Origin: Octopus sinensis
Taxonomy: Eukaryota
Length of the DNA: 64,000 nt
NCBI RefSeq assembly: GCF_006345805.1
Contig: NC_042997.1
Location: 98,270,001-98,334,000, forward strand
Direction: 5' to 3'
Shown here: positions 38,089 to 55,293 of the stretch, one piece after another
How the letters are laid out: every line of letters starts with the position of its first letter
How positions within the stretch are numbered: the first letter of the stretch is position 1
Position numbers and translations under genes: made by a program
The notes under the pieces: generated by a model
Seen by the model: only the letters and a program-made list of their open reading frames with translations
The model's database searches: none
What the model was told of the DNA's origin: nothing

Positions 38089-39554
38089 GTGTTTGTATTC
38101 ACTCCTTTCCCATGATTGAGCTAAATCATGAAATTTATCATTTATCATTATTCTGCTTTGATTTCGCCTAATCTTTCATTAGAAGCGCAGACTCTGACGA
38201 AGATAGCATTAGTTATTTTAAGGCCGTTCAATTGTCCTCAGCCGGTCAATGGACTATTTGAGTAAATAGGTAATTTAACGAACTAGTTATGCCTTTTAGA
38301 AACAGCTGTATGTTGAATTTGCAAAAATAAAGGTATATATGTAAAGTCCATACACATATATATACATATAGGTAAATAAATTAAAAGAGGTTAAATGGAC
38401 ATCGACAGTTCAATACACGATACAAATGTTACAATAGCATGGTAATTTATTCACAATTGGTGTATTACTTACTCAGAAATCACCCACCAAACCTTTAACC
38501 ACCTGAACTATTGATTATGTTTCTACTGATATTTCACATGCCTGATGAAATGACAGGCAATTCCTTACTGCGTGATGCACCAAATATAAATATATTACCT
38601 TTGTAGGTTCTAGTGTCATTGTCCTGTCCTCTTTTTATTTTATTTCTTTGCTGCATAACTTTGGTGGCGTCTACTACCGGGATTGTAGTAAGTAGCAAAG
38701 TAGCAGAATATCGTATATCATTAAACAGCTTTGATTAAGTTATTTAATCTTGTCACCAGCAGATAAGATGTGAATAATAATTCATTTGTAATCCTACAGT
38801 TTACACCGGTAGCCAAGCTACAAGCCGGAAGCTACCGGGCTAATAAATACGATTGACAGGAGCTAAGATCCAAACTGATACATACATACGTACGTGCGTA
38901 CGTATGCATGCATGCATGTATGTATGTATGCATGTATGTATGTATGTATGTATGTATGTATGTATGTATGTATGTATGTATGTATGTATGTGTGTGTGTG
39001 TGTGTGTGTGTGTGGTGTATATATGTATACACACACACTTATGTGGGAAAGAGGTACGTTCTTCCCACGCTGGAAACAATATAAGAGAAGTTGTTTTGGG
39101 GTTTGGAAGTGGACCTGAGTCTTGGGAAAAGTGTATTCTTTTTTATATTTTGTAACTTTTGGTAAAATGCCAAACCAGTTTCGACAACCTTCTGTTTATC
39201 AACGATAAGTATTGAAATGAATAAAGAAAGGGTTACGGAGAGATTTAATTTTCATGGAAATATTCGGAAAAATATGCTTGAAAGATCAATTGTTCGTAAT
39301 AATTCCATTGAGTTTCACAGAGTTAGACTGTAATACAAATTCAAACGTTCGATGAGTTGCGTAACAGTCATATATGATTGAAAGATCAATAATATCTAGT
39401 TATATGAAAATTAGGTGCGATGAAGTTTTTTAAAAAGGGGAAAAGGAAAAAATGTTTCTATATTTTTATAGTTCCTCTCACAGTGCATGAAGGAGTATTC
39501 TTCATCACCGGTTTTGCTAGTGAGATTTTGAAATGTTTTAAGTGAAAATTGGTT

Positions 39555-39663
<109 letters not shown>

Positions 39664-39669
39664 TGTGTG

Positions 39670-39742
<73 letters not shown>

Positions 39743-39779
39743 GTACATAAATATATCTTAAGTTAAAGGATAAAGTTCT

Positions 39780-42240
39780 GATTCGTTGTAAATTTATAAT
39801 GACGTCACTCGTTTTTGTCTGTCTATAGCCTAGTATTTTGATTAGATAGCCGCATTAATATGTCACTTGGTATACAGATGTTTTGGTACGGTATTTTTGT
39901 TTTGGCAGAAGCCCTGCTTACTGGTTGGTCGGCTTCCTGGTGACGTCATTTGTTTGTCGAATGTTTTGATCCCTTGTTCTAAAGACCCGGTGCTCTGGCT
40001 GATTGATCTTCTGCTTACGTCGTTTATTGTTGTTAAAGGACTCTGTCTGACAGTTGTTCAGGGATCTGATTGGTTGACTCCCTTAAGAAGCCACTGGTTT
40101 TGGTTGGTTCAATGCTTATTTGATTTTTTTTTTACCCCGAGGGTTCGGTTTTGACTAGAAAGCAACGTCTTTGAACCTAGGGTGACGTCAGCAATTGGTA
40201 TTTGAGAAGATTTAAGGTGTTATTTACTGTAGTTTGGCGGTTGGGTTTCAAACCCTTGGGGTAGCCCGTTACTTAAACTTCTGATTTATATCTGTTGTCC
40301 CTGGCCAATTTTCGAGAATAAATTTAGTTTTCCCATTCTGGTGTGTTGCTGCAAGGTATTTAGTTGTGATATATATTTCTTAATAAGCATTTGTTTTTGG
40401 TATTTAATTGGAACGGGGCTGAAGTGATTTTGGTTTATTGAAAGAGAGGGAAAATCTGTTTTTTTGGACATTTGTTCGCGTGGCACTGATCTAGGTGTTT
40501 ACTTATGGGAATTTTCTTCGCTGTCAGGTCTGTTGCTTGTGTACCATCATTCTGCCCCTCAAAGCCAAACTTGTCTGGCTTATGTAGTATCGCACCATAC
40601 CCTCCATATTTGAGAAGATAAATTAAGTTTCTCGAAGCACAGATGAAATGAATTTTTTATGCTGAATGTTTAACCTGACATGAATTCGTATGCTGAATCC
40701 GCCATAGGGTCGATGCAAGCAGTGCAGTTACATTGTTTGACTTATGTGGGCGTATTTTTGGTGGATAATTTAGCGCTAATAAAAGAATTATATAGTCTAT
40801 TACTGTTAATAATTTTGTGTATTTCGAGTGCTTTTTCCATTCGTAGGTCGGTCATCAGAAGATGTATTTTCTGATGGATGATGTTGTTTGCCTCCATGTT
40901 TCTTGGATTGTTTGTTGATACATAAATTGAAATATAAGTGCATCAGGAGTGTTTCTTGTTTTTCGTAAACCCTGGATGTCTATCGTTTTTGCACTTTCTG
41001 TTCCGTTATTGATTAAACTGACCGGGTATTTTCTTTCGAATAATATATTCTTAAGTTCTTGGAGTCGTTTTTTTTCCGGATTTCGTGATTGGACACAATC
41101 GTGCAAATTTTTCTTGCCAAGTTAAAAAGTGTATTGATTTTAGTATGCTTTTGATAGCACGAAGAAAATTGTAAGTATTGCTTTGAGTCGGTTGGTTGAA
41201 AGTAGTTATCGGTTTCAATGTTAGCATCCCTTTAGGATTAAAATGTCCAAAAGGGTAGCTGTTTTTGACATTATCCCATTATAAATTGGATACTGTGGTT
41301 AATGTTGTTAATCAAGTTTTTAAATTCCAAAAGTTGATAACTATTATGTGACCATAGGTTGACAAAATAGTCCTGGTATCGTTTCCAGTTGACGAGTAAG
41401 TAGTTTCGGAGGTAATCGCTAAATTTTAGTGTTGTGTTATAGCATATTTAAACTTCTAAGTAAACTATCACAAGATTAGCAGAAGTGGGGACTACCCTCG
41501 TTCCCATCGTAGTCACAGATTTTTGTGCGTAAGTGATGTGGTTTAAGTTGAAAAAGTTATTTTATACGTTGAATTTTAATCTGTCAATGATAAATCCTTT
41601 CCCATTTCGGTCAGGTATGTCATTCTGGAAATTTTTCCAGCCAGAATTTCAGAGCTTCTCTCCCGTATTCGTATGTAATCGAAGTGTAGAGATTTATTGC
41701 AATGAATCCATGCTGGTTTATTCGGGAGATGGTTTAAAAAGTCTAATTCATCTCTTATGAAGCTCAGTATATGATGAAGAATGGGTCTTAGCAGAACGTC
41801 ATTGAGGTTACTCAGTCTACATTCTTCACATGACGGAACTGCAATAATTGGTCTCAATTTGAAATCTCCGGGATGTGGAATTTTAATAACCAATGAGGTT
41901 GACCTGCTACAGGCTTCATTTATGGCTTCACTCTTGTGGATTTTTGGATGTCCGCAAAACTTGCTGCTTTTACAGTTAAATTTTGTGAAGAAGACCCTTT
42001 CCTTTTCCATTTAATCCTTTTGAAGTTGTTAGATGAGGGTAGTGAGTTTTTTTTAATTATGACATGTCTACAAAATTTCTGGTCATCGTTCCGTATTTCA
42101 TTTTCGTTGGAATTTTGTGTTGTATTGAATTTTAGTCCTTGGGACAGAATTTTTAATTGTTGGGTTAACAGAGTGAGAGATTCTCACATTTTGCCTATGT
42201 CATCGATTGTCTTCGTTTCCGGCCACCATGTCTAAAAAAT
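39780..42240 (-). mobile_element. Penelope-like element (RT plus GIY-YIG), frameshifted pseudogene
   Basis: Minus strand: KILSQGLKF, FCGHPKIHK..LRPIIA..RLSNL..FIRDELDFL, MGTRVVPTSANL, NWKRY, then NLIY..YISQT..LRGRMMVH (GIY-YIG, ~40520-40630). Confidence 0.85.
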
Positions 42241-42686
42241 GGTTCCTCGGTTTTTGGTGTATCGAACTACAGTTCTGAATTTAACCCGTGTAACTTTAAC
42301 CTCTCTTAAATCCTTTATTTATCTAGTTTTATCTACAATTGGTAACCAAAAATTATCGAGACTCAAAAGAATTTTCAAACCCCAAACAAATTCTTATATA
42401 TGTGTGTGCGTGCGCGTGTGTGTGTATTTTAATCAAACAAATCGATCCCCGAACTTATTTCTTAAACGTACAACTTATTCTATCAGTCTCTTTAGCCGAA
42501 CCACTAAATTACGGGGACGCGAACACACCAACATCGGTTGTCAAGTGATGTTGGGGAGACAAACATAGATACAACAAAAACACACACACTCACACACCAC
42601 AAGTACACACATACATCTTTTATTCTTTTAATGGTTTCTTGTTTCAGTCATTTAACTGCGGCCATGCTGGAGCACCGCTTTAATTA

Positions 42687-42754
<68 letters not shown>

Positions 42755-42756
<2 letters not shown>

Positions 42757-43125
42757 GCGCAATGACCCAGTGGTTAGGGCAGTGGACTCGAGGTCGTACG
42801 GTCGCGGCTTCGATTCCCAGGACAGGTGTTAATTAATGTTTATTGAGCGGAAACACCTAAAGCTCCAGGAGGCTCCGACAGAGGGTGGTGGCGAATCCTG
42901 CTGTACTATTTCCCCACAACTTTTCTTCCTGTTTCTGTTGTACCGGCATTTCAAAGGGCCAGTCTTGTCATACTCTGTATCACATTGAATCTCTCTGAGA
43001 ACTACATTAAGTGTACACGTGTATGTGATGTGCACAGCCACTTACACGTTAATTTCACGAGCAGGTTGTTCCGTTGATCGGATCAACTGGAACTCTCGTT
43101 GTCGTAACCGACGAAGTGCCACGAT
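42755..43125 (+). mobile_element. tRNA-derived SINE (family B variant)
   Basis: A box tgacccagtggttaggg, B box gcttcgattcc. Its body matches the outer half of the 32520-33189 palindrome arms. Confidence 0.7.
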
Positions 43126-43489
43126 ATACATACGATGAGCTTCTTTCAGTTCCCGTCTACCAAATCCACTCACAAGGCTTTGGTTGGCCCGAGGCTATAG
43201 TAGAGGACACATACCCAAGTTTACATGCAGTGGAACTGAACGTGAAACCGTGTGGTTGGAAAGCAAGCTTCTTACCACACAGCACGCCTGCGCCTATGCC
43301 ACGCCTGCGCTTATGCTACGCCTGCGCTTATGCTACGCCTGCGCCTCTTTATTTTTTGTCTACTTTTGTAATTGGTCAGTTGTTCTGGTCAGTTATTGAT
43401 TTCTAGTAATTAGCTGCCAGTATATTTCTTCTTCTCTTGACCTGTGCCTCTTCTTTTGGCATCGGATTCAGAACTACTACAATGTGATT

Positions 43490-43860
<371 letters not shown>

Positions 43861-44149
43861 ATGGTTGCAGTTTGTGCAGTTTGGAACAAACAAAATTTCA
43901 TACCATATTACAAACAATAAATGAAGTTCATAGTTTTTATGTGTTTCTCAATGGCTAATTGTAATGTATGTATGTATTTCTTCATATGTACATCATTAAC
44001 CCGTTTTATTTCAAAATTCCTTGCCTATAGAGAAAGAACCTGTTCCTAACCTAGATCCTTGGCGCCTTTCTGTATGTATGCATGCATGTATGTATGTATG
44101 TATGTATGTATGTATGTATGTATTATGAGCCGATTTGCATGTTTTCTAT

Positions 44150-44930
44150 TCTCTTCTTCACTGATCTTCAGCTTTCCAGTACTGTAAACAGTTTTTCATC
44201 TTTGTCCGAAATCAATATGTCAGGTCTATTGTGTTTACATTTTGTTGAGGTTTTAACTAGGACATTCCACCAGTACTCCTTTCTATGAGTGGATAAGGCT
44301 TCTACCATACTGTTGGTTCTTATTTCTTTGTCCTTAGGGTTATCGTGCCGACAGATTTATTTATAGTGTCCTAGTTACAACATCATATCTCATCGGTAGA
44401 TAATGCCTTTGTAACTTTTTCGGACAACTGCTTATGATGTGGGTGATATCTTCACTGTTAGCTCCATAAAGTCTGCATCAGGTGTCACATTTTATTGCTT
44501 TACCTGCTCCCTGTCCCTTTTGTGCATCATACACTTGGTTGATATTTCCTGTTCCTGGATTGCAAACGCAAACCCTTGAACGTGGGAGGTAGTAATCCGG
44601 TTGTTGGTCCAACCTAGGCTGCTTTGGTGATTAATGTTACTATCATCTCGGAGCTTTCTACTTACATATTCATGCATGGTCTTCTACTCATATACGCTCA
44701 TCCTTTCATCTGATGACATGTTGCTGTAGTCTTACGACTTCTTTGGGAATGTATTTAAGGTTATCAGACAAGGAATGCTGCTCAAGGAGTTGTCTTCCAA
44801 TTCTTACGATTTTATCAGCTTCATGTACGCAAACTTGGTCAAGCGATGCACTTCGATATGATACTATGTACGGCAATTCAAAGGCAGTTTGGATCGATAT
44901 TAAGCCCCGTCCGCCTTGTTTACGTTTTTG
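44150..44930 (-). mobile_element. R4/Dong-like LINE fragment, degenerate
   Basis: Minus strand MHEYVSRKL..FAFAIQEQEISTK, then RCRL..EDITHIISSCP (zinc knuckle) and the downstream endonuclease region. Confidence 0.7.
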
Positions 44931-45127
44931 ATAGAGGTACGTATTGAACTTGGGTGCTTAATGATATACCTACCCAAAGTAAAGAAACCTTGCTAATGTT
45001 GGATAGAAATGAGGAAGTATTGAAAGCAGAGAAAAACTGAAAAAAATGAAAAAACAGTACAAAAACTGGAAAGAGAGAACACCTACGGGTTGTGAGCGCC
45101 TGACGACATACTAGGTGCCAGGAGCCT

Positions 45128-46330
45128 ACCGGGTATGGGTTCAATGTTTATAATACAACTATAAACCATCTGCTTTATATGGGTAACCTGAAGCTTGCTA
45201 GAAATGACAAAGATCTAGTAGGGTTGCTAACACTTGTTAAAGAGTTTGATAAATATGCTAAAGCGACTTTTGTAACAGGCAAGCTCAGGCAAAGAGTTAA
45301 CATTAAGTTAGATACCAACACTATAATACACTATCATCACGCAGCTTGACCTACCAGAAAGTTATAAATACCTGGGGATAAACGAAGGAGATGGTATACA
45401 ACATGCTACTATGAAGAAAAAAATAAGAAATGGGTATTACAGGAGAATGTGACTCATACTGAAAACTGAACTGAACTCTAAAAATCGCATCGAAACCATT
45501 AACACCTTGGCATTTCCAGTAGTCCAATACAGTTTTAACATCATTAACTGGAATCTTACAGGGCTCCAACGCTTGGACAAGAAGACAAGAAATTTACTAG
45601 CATCTAAGAATATCCACCACCTAAAACAGACGTGTATCGTCTGCACGTACCTAGAAGGAAATGGGAAAGAGGAATGATGCTGGTGGAACTGTTATATAAG
45701 ACCTCCCCTATAGCAATGAACAGGCACTACTGTTTGAAGAACGGTTCTGACCATAAATGCAGATTCTGTCCCACATTTGACAAAGCAATAGATCATCACG
45801 TCTCGGGATGTCCTGTACTGACACCAAACGAATACAAAAGTCGTCAGAGTAGGGTAGCACAGTATTTACATTGGAAAATATGTAAACATTACAAATCAGC
45901 ACTCCTGCTTACTGGTAATAACATCATTCTGAGCCAGTCGTTGAAGGGGAAAATGTCACTATCCTCTGGGATTTTCCAGTCAACACTGACAGAACGCTTG
46001 AGGCTAATCAATCAGACATAGTCATTAAGGACAGGGAAGAAAATACTTGCAGAATAATAAATATAAGTATTCCCACTGATAAAAATATATCTATAAAGGA
46101 ATTTGACGAATTAAGTAAATATAAGGACCTGGAAATTGAAATGCAAACGATGTGGCATCTTAAAACGAGAACTTTTCCTGCTATTGTAGGTGTCCTTTGT
46201 ATGATAAAAAAGGGATGTCAGAAGCATCTAGATAACATCCTAGGAGAACCATGTCTCAGAGAACTCAAGAAAATTGTGCTGATAAGTAATGTCCACATCC
46301 TTAGAAAAAGCCCTATCAATTTAAATGTCT
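45128..46330 (+). mobile_element. R4/Dong-like LINE fragment, degenerate, with an internal deletion
   Basis: INHLLYMGNLK, YKYLG, RLHVPRRK, CRFC..IDHHVSGCP..HWKICK, DIVIKD..ISIP, IVGVLCMI..HILRK. Confidence 0.85.
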
Positions 46331-46499
46331 GTGTTGCATCACAAGAAGATATTTCGCTACTGCCCCTGTCACTTCCCCTTCCCAAGCTTTCAGTATTACT
46401 GTAGCATGTATCTTATTCTTTACACACCATAGGACGGTGAGTGTATCTCGGCAAGTGATTTTAACAAATATGCAGATTAAAAGTAAATAATAATAATCA

Positions 46500-46540
46500 T
46501 AATGATGAAAATAAAACTATTAATACTGCTGTTGCTGCTG

Positions 46541-46589
<49 letters not shown>

Positions 46590-46716
46590 CAACAACAACA
46601 ACAACAGCGACGACGACGAAGACGACAAAAACAACAACAACAATAACAACAATAACAACAACAACAACAACAACAACAACAATAATAATAATAATAACAA
46701 CAACAACAACAACAAC

Positions 46717-46780
<64 letters not shown>
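46500..46780 (+). repeat. Compound (CTA)n(CAA)n(TAA)n microsatellite
   Basis: Directly visible. Confidence 0.95.
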
Positions 46781-47274
46781 TTATCATGTACATTGTTTTG
46801 TCTTGGTATAAAAGATGGGCTACAGCAAATATTCTGCTCAATACCACAGATTTGCTTGTCAGTTGTTTGACCTTAACCAGTTGAGCATGTCCCTTAGTGG
46901 CTGACGATATGTGCATCTCTGATCACGAGCAGAAGTAGTGGGGGAGCATCATAGCCATGTGTTGAGAGGGATTCTTTGGGGTTTGAATAGTTCACCTCTG
47001 GAAACATGGGTGGTTCTTTCAACATCCTTAAACAACCCTTATTCAGGGACCGTTTGAGCGGGATGGGCTACTCAACCTGAAGAAAATTCTAACTGGGCCC
47101 CACCTACAAGGTCATGTGCTGTTTATCTTGATATGAGATCACCATGTCGCGCACATATGGTTGTGATGCATGTGCCTGGTGTACCTTTATCAGACGGGTA
47201 GTCATGATGGGTATATTGGGCTTCGTATATTTTACCCCAGTGTCACTTTGATGGCATTCACTGCTCTCTCACTC
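46780..47274 (+). mobile_element. (AAT)n-flanked ~500-bp repeat, left copy
   Basis: Homologous to 19880-20396 and 50477-51012. Confidence 0.75.
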
Positions 47275-50476
<3,202 letters not shown>

Positions 50477-50478
<2 letters not shown>

Positions 50479-51012
50479 CAGGCAGTGGCTCTCATGGCTC
50501 CTGATCTTGCCTGATTGGAAGTGTTATTGTTTTTTCTTGGTATAAAAGATGGGCTACAGCAAATATTCTGCTCAATACCACAGATTTGCTTGTCAGTTGT
50601 TTGACCATAACCAGCTGAGCATGTCCCTTGGTAGCTGACAATATGTACATCTCTGATCAAGAGCAGAAGTTTTGGGGGAAACGATCACAGTCATATGTTG
50701 AAAGAAATTCTTTGGGGTTGAATAATTCACCTTTGGAAACATTGGTGGTTTTGTTCATCATCCTTAAACAGTGCTTATTCAGGGATCTTTTGAGCGGGAT
50801 GGCTACTCGACCTGAAAAAAAAAAACTAACACGGCCCCCACATGCAAGGTCATGTGCTGTTTATCTTCATATGAGATCACCATGTCGTGCAGATATGGAT
50901 GTGATGCATGTGCCTGGTGTACTCTTATCTAACGAGTAGTCATGATGAGTATACTGGGATTTATATATTTTATCCCAGTGTTACTTTGATGACATGCACT
51001 GCTCTTTTACTC
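50477..51012 (+). mobile_element. (AAT)n-flanked ~500-bp repeat, right copy
   Basis: Homologous to 46780-47274 and 19880-20396. Confidence 0.75.
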
Positions 51013-51049
51013 AATAATAATGATAATAATAATAATATTAATAATAATA

Positions 51050-51833
51050 GTCCCAACTTGCCGAAGATACTTTTAAAAATTCCATAAATTTCTATATCTT
51101 ATATATGCTAGGTCCTCTCAAAAAGAATCTATAGTTCTAAACATAAATTCGCCCACAAGCTAGAATTTTGCCGAACTTATCTGCTTTCCTCTTTGTCCCC
51201 CTTCTTTCTTTCTCTCTCTCTCTCACTCTCTCTCTCTCTCTCTCTCTCTCCCTCTCTCTCTCTCCCTCTTTCCTTCTTATTTTAATGGGTTCTCAGTGCT
51301 GCTGAAATCATTCATACATTGATATGGTCATTTAATAGCTCTCACTAAAAATGAGTAAGCTTTGTCTAGTGCTTCTGTTTACTAAAACTTTGATATGGTT
51401 ATATAACAAATACGATGAAGGGTGTGTAGATAGAATATTATAAGGCTTACTAAAACTGTAAGATGTTTATAAACTTCGATGTCTTAGCTTTGATAGTTTG
51501 TCCCAACTTGCCGAAGATACTTTTAAAAGTTTCATAAATTTCCATATCTTAGATAGGGTATGTCCTCTCAAAAATATTCATAGTTCGCTCAGGCACTGGA
51601 ATTTTGGTGAGCTTGCCTGCCTCCCTCTTCGTCTCACTTCTCTCTCTCTCTCTTTCTCTCTCTCCCACTCTCCTTCTTCTTTCAATGGGTTCTCAATGCT
51701 GCTAAAATTATTCATACGATGACATGGTCACTTAACAGCTCCTCCCAAAAATGAGTAAGCTTTTTGTAGTACATTTTATGTTTACTAAAGCTGGAATTTT
51801 GGCGAGATTACCTGTCTCCCTTCTCTATCTCTT

Positions 51834-51864
<31 letters not shown>

Positions 51865-52210
51865 CTTTCTTTCTCTCTCGCTATTTCTCTTTCTCTTTCT
51901 CTCCGTCTTTCCCTCTTCTTCCAATGGGTTCTTAGTGCTGCTTAAATTATTCATACGATGACATGGTTACTTAACAGCTCCCCACACAAATGAGTAAGCT
52001 TTTTCTTGTACTTTCTTTGTTTACTGATAGATTGAGATGGCTATGTCTATTGACATTATAACTTAAATATAGAGTATTCTATCTATAAATACTATAGATA
52101 GAATACTATATGGCTTCTTAAAACTGTAAGATGTTTATAAACTTCGATATCTTAGCTCTAATATTTAGTCCCAACTTGTCGAAGATATATCTTAGCTATT
52201 CTAGGTTCTC
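51050..52210 (+). repeat. Diverged tandem repeats (~450-bp unit with internal (CT)n)
   Basis: gtcccaacttg(c/t)cgaagata at ~51050, 51500 and 52168; aatgggttct..gtgctg..aaatgagtaagcttt three times. Confidence 0.75.
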
Positions 52211-52219
52211 TCAAAAAAA

Positions 52220-52500
52220 TAAATACCTGATGATTTGGTGAATCTTCTTAAGTTTGCAGAGCTTCTTCATAAACAATATTTTTGGTCTTTCCTTCTGGGG
52301 CATAATAAACAAATGATTAGGATTGCCCACTCTTGAGCATCCCACATAAGGTTGGCCATGGGAGAAAACTGGTTCCGTAAGGTTCATATCTATCACATTC
52401 AATCACTGCTCCTGGGCCTTGTTAATGCTCATTGCAAAGCTCAGTTTCAACGGTAATTGCAGGCACTTGTATGTGTCCAATGTTTCCACAACGAAAGCAT
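52220..52500 (-). mobile_element. Helitron RepHel helicase C-terminal remnant
   Basis: Minus strand LQLPLKLSFAMSINKAQEQ*L..FSHGQPYVGCSRVG, the PIF1-like motif (AMTINKSQG / FSHGQLYVACSRV). Confidence 0.85.
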
Positions 52501-54329
52501 TCCGCTTTTTTAAATGGGCATTAATTCTTCTTCCCCACTGTTGTAATCTATTCGTCTGATTGTTATAACGTCCACTCGAGTAGTTTAATATAGTTAGTTA
52601 AACAAGTAAAACTACGTCTATATATGACCGTCTACTTCGTACTCTCTGCCTACAGTGACACTGACTGCCAGCATTTATAATGACTTTCACATAGTTACTC
52701 TCACGTGGGTGGGGTATACCATTATTACTATTATCTCCATAGCAATGGGCAAATATATTGTAATAAAACATGTTAAAAACAACAGTTTTCTGTTTTCACT
52801 ATTTCTCTTTAAAAATGGTCACAGTGCTTCACCGTAAGAAAGATCTCATGACATTTCTTGGGTAAAATTTCTCGATTACAGCTGAAAAACCAAAGAAGTT
52901 AACCTTTTCACTATTGATGATTAAATGTACTAAGCTATTCAATCGTTCTTTCTCTATCGTGTGTCAAATGTATTGCATAATTCGCTTTAAGACACTAAAG
53001 CTCCTCCCATGAGCGGCAAATGTTGCTGGACATGACAGAAAAGTCCGAAAAGCATTGATAACATTTAAACAAATATTAACTTCCAAGCACAAATTATAAA
53101 GTCTAAAATTCTCATTAAAAATTATTTTAAGAACAAAGAAATCATTCAAACTGAATGTCAATTGAAATGGGATTTGAGTAAATTTGCTTAAACCGATTAA
53201 CGTTTTATTACTGCCCATTCTCATTTAACTGAGTAAATTTCGAACAAAAAATTTACAACTGTCCCCGCGAAAATTATCGGTAACAAAGACACTAATACTG
53301 AGGAACACATCCCTTCAGGGGTAACTTTCAGCGGTCTTTTTATTTGTGCACCACATATGATTAGAAAATTTATGTTCCTAATGTTGATTATCAAATATAG
53401 TATTACACTTCATTTAGTTATTAAGTATAGTATCACAGCTATATCTCAGTTTCCAGATGTCTGAAATTATTCTTTGTCACATCTCATTTGGCATCACGAA
53501 ATTCTGTCACGAAGTTAACTGTTTAGCTCAGTGTGAGAAATTTTATGCAAATGACTAACATAAGTACATTTCCAAAGCTATCCATATATTCCTTGAATCT
53601 TTAGAAAATAGATAATATTAGCCGTGACGGAATGTCACTCTTGGTAAATAAATATCAAAATACACCATACCAGTGATTACTCTACTTGACTCCAATAAAG
53701 CCAGTCTCGTTTAAATAATCCCCTCACATTTCATTCCTACTGTCAAAAGAAGAGTTGGAAATAAAGTAAAAATCTATATCGTTGGAAACAAAAGTGAGGA
53801 CTTCATGTTAAACTTTTACAAATGATTGAGTGTCAATCATTATCCTTTTGCAACAAATCCGACCGATGATATGTGACGTGGAGGTTCTTTTCAGTTATGG
53901 GCTCTTTTTTTCAATTTGGCAATTGAAGTTCCACTGTATGGTCGACTAGTTTCTAACAATTTCCTTTGAGAATATTATGATATGTATTTGAGCATTATCT
54001 TTATGAACAACCTAATAATTAAGATAATCTTATTCGCTCTGTAAATGAGTTGGCAGTATCGTCAAACTGGGAAATAATGAAGTTGCATTTTTTAAACATT
54101 TTCATGCAGTTCGGCACGCATTTTCTTTACTGCATCAATATCATATTGTTTCAGGCCCCCTACTCGAAGAACATGTTCTGGCCAATAAAACCTGAATCAA
54201 AGAAAGTGTGTGTTTTAACAGTATGTGCTCGTAGTTCAAGAAAGATTCAGAGGGAAATTTATAGCCATAACTATACTTTCACACGCCTTACAGACAATGA
54301 GGGTAGTTTCTATACTAGACATAGCAATA

Positions 54330-54950
54330 CTAACAATAAACGTAATAGTGATAAGATAAATAATAAATATGCGGCAATATTTAGGAATAAAATTAGAGTA
54401 GGCCACAGCCTTACTAGTACCAACATAGCCTCGATTAATAATAAAAAATTAGACACAATCTATGAAGCTAAGAAAATTAGAAACAATAAATCTAACAATC
54501 GACTAATAGAACAAATCCCACCACTAATGAAGCGCCTTCTAGTAACACAAAGACCAGAATAGTAACCCCCCCCCCACACACACACAACGCAACACGAACG
54601 CAGATATACCTAATAATTTATGTGGCTGCATGGATAGAAGTCAGTACCAATTCTCTAATAGATGTAAGACCAAAAACGTAGTTTACCAATGTGACGTACA
54701 CAAAAACAGCCATATAAAATCCTATATAGGAGTCACGAAAATCCCTGTACAATCTTATATAGAAGCCACAAAAACCCTGTACAAATCCTATATAGGAGGC
54801 ACGAAAAAGCCTGAACAAATCCTATGTTACCATCTTCATCTAAATAATCCCATTTAGCCGAGAACCACTTAAACTACTTACATGCAAACATTCACCTCCC
54901 AACTCCCACTCGCTTTACACACCCCATAATAAAGTGTTTTACACCTACAC
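54330..54950 (+). mobile_element. Penelope-like element 3' remnant (GIY-YIG region)
   Basis: AIFRNKIRVGHS..NIASINNKKL, followed by RCKTKNVVYQCDV..KSYIGVT. Confidence 0.7.
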
Positions 54951-55293
54951 AGGGCTTCCTCCATTACTACGAACTTCATACAACTTAAGTCCCAAAGACA
55001 CATAAATTCCTTACTCCCCCCGGACTGAGTAATCCGGATAGAGTTAGCCCCCTTTTCACCATGAGTTAGGGTTAATCCCCTTTCTTTATACTAGCCATAA
55101 TAAACATGTGGGAAATATGCGCTTACTTAAAATTGGGACTACAGATCAAAATAACCTCCATCCTACATCCACTTCGCACCAGAATTATCAGCTTAGAAAT
55201 CTACTAAAATGTAAGACTCACCATTCTTTGTCTTTATTCTCGTTACGAATGTATTCCTATGTTTTTTGCTCTTCTTACCTCTACATATGACTC

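Noticed and set aside
39165-39205. Hammerhead-like relic on the minus strand near the PLE (UUGAUAA...CGAAAC)
   Set aside because: Two core mismatches, a missing stem II closing pair and no stem I; too decayed to support.
46497-46916. Recurrent ORF MHISSATKGH..VLSRIFAVAHLL (also 8353-8541)
   Set aside because: It is the same dispersed non-coding repeat read antisense and running into microsatellite, not a gene family.
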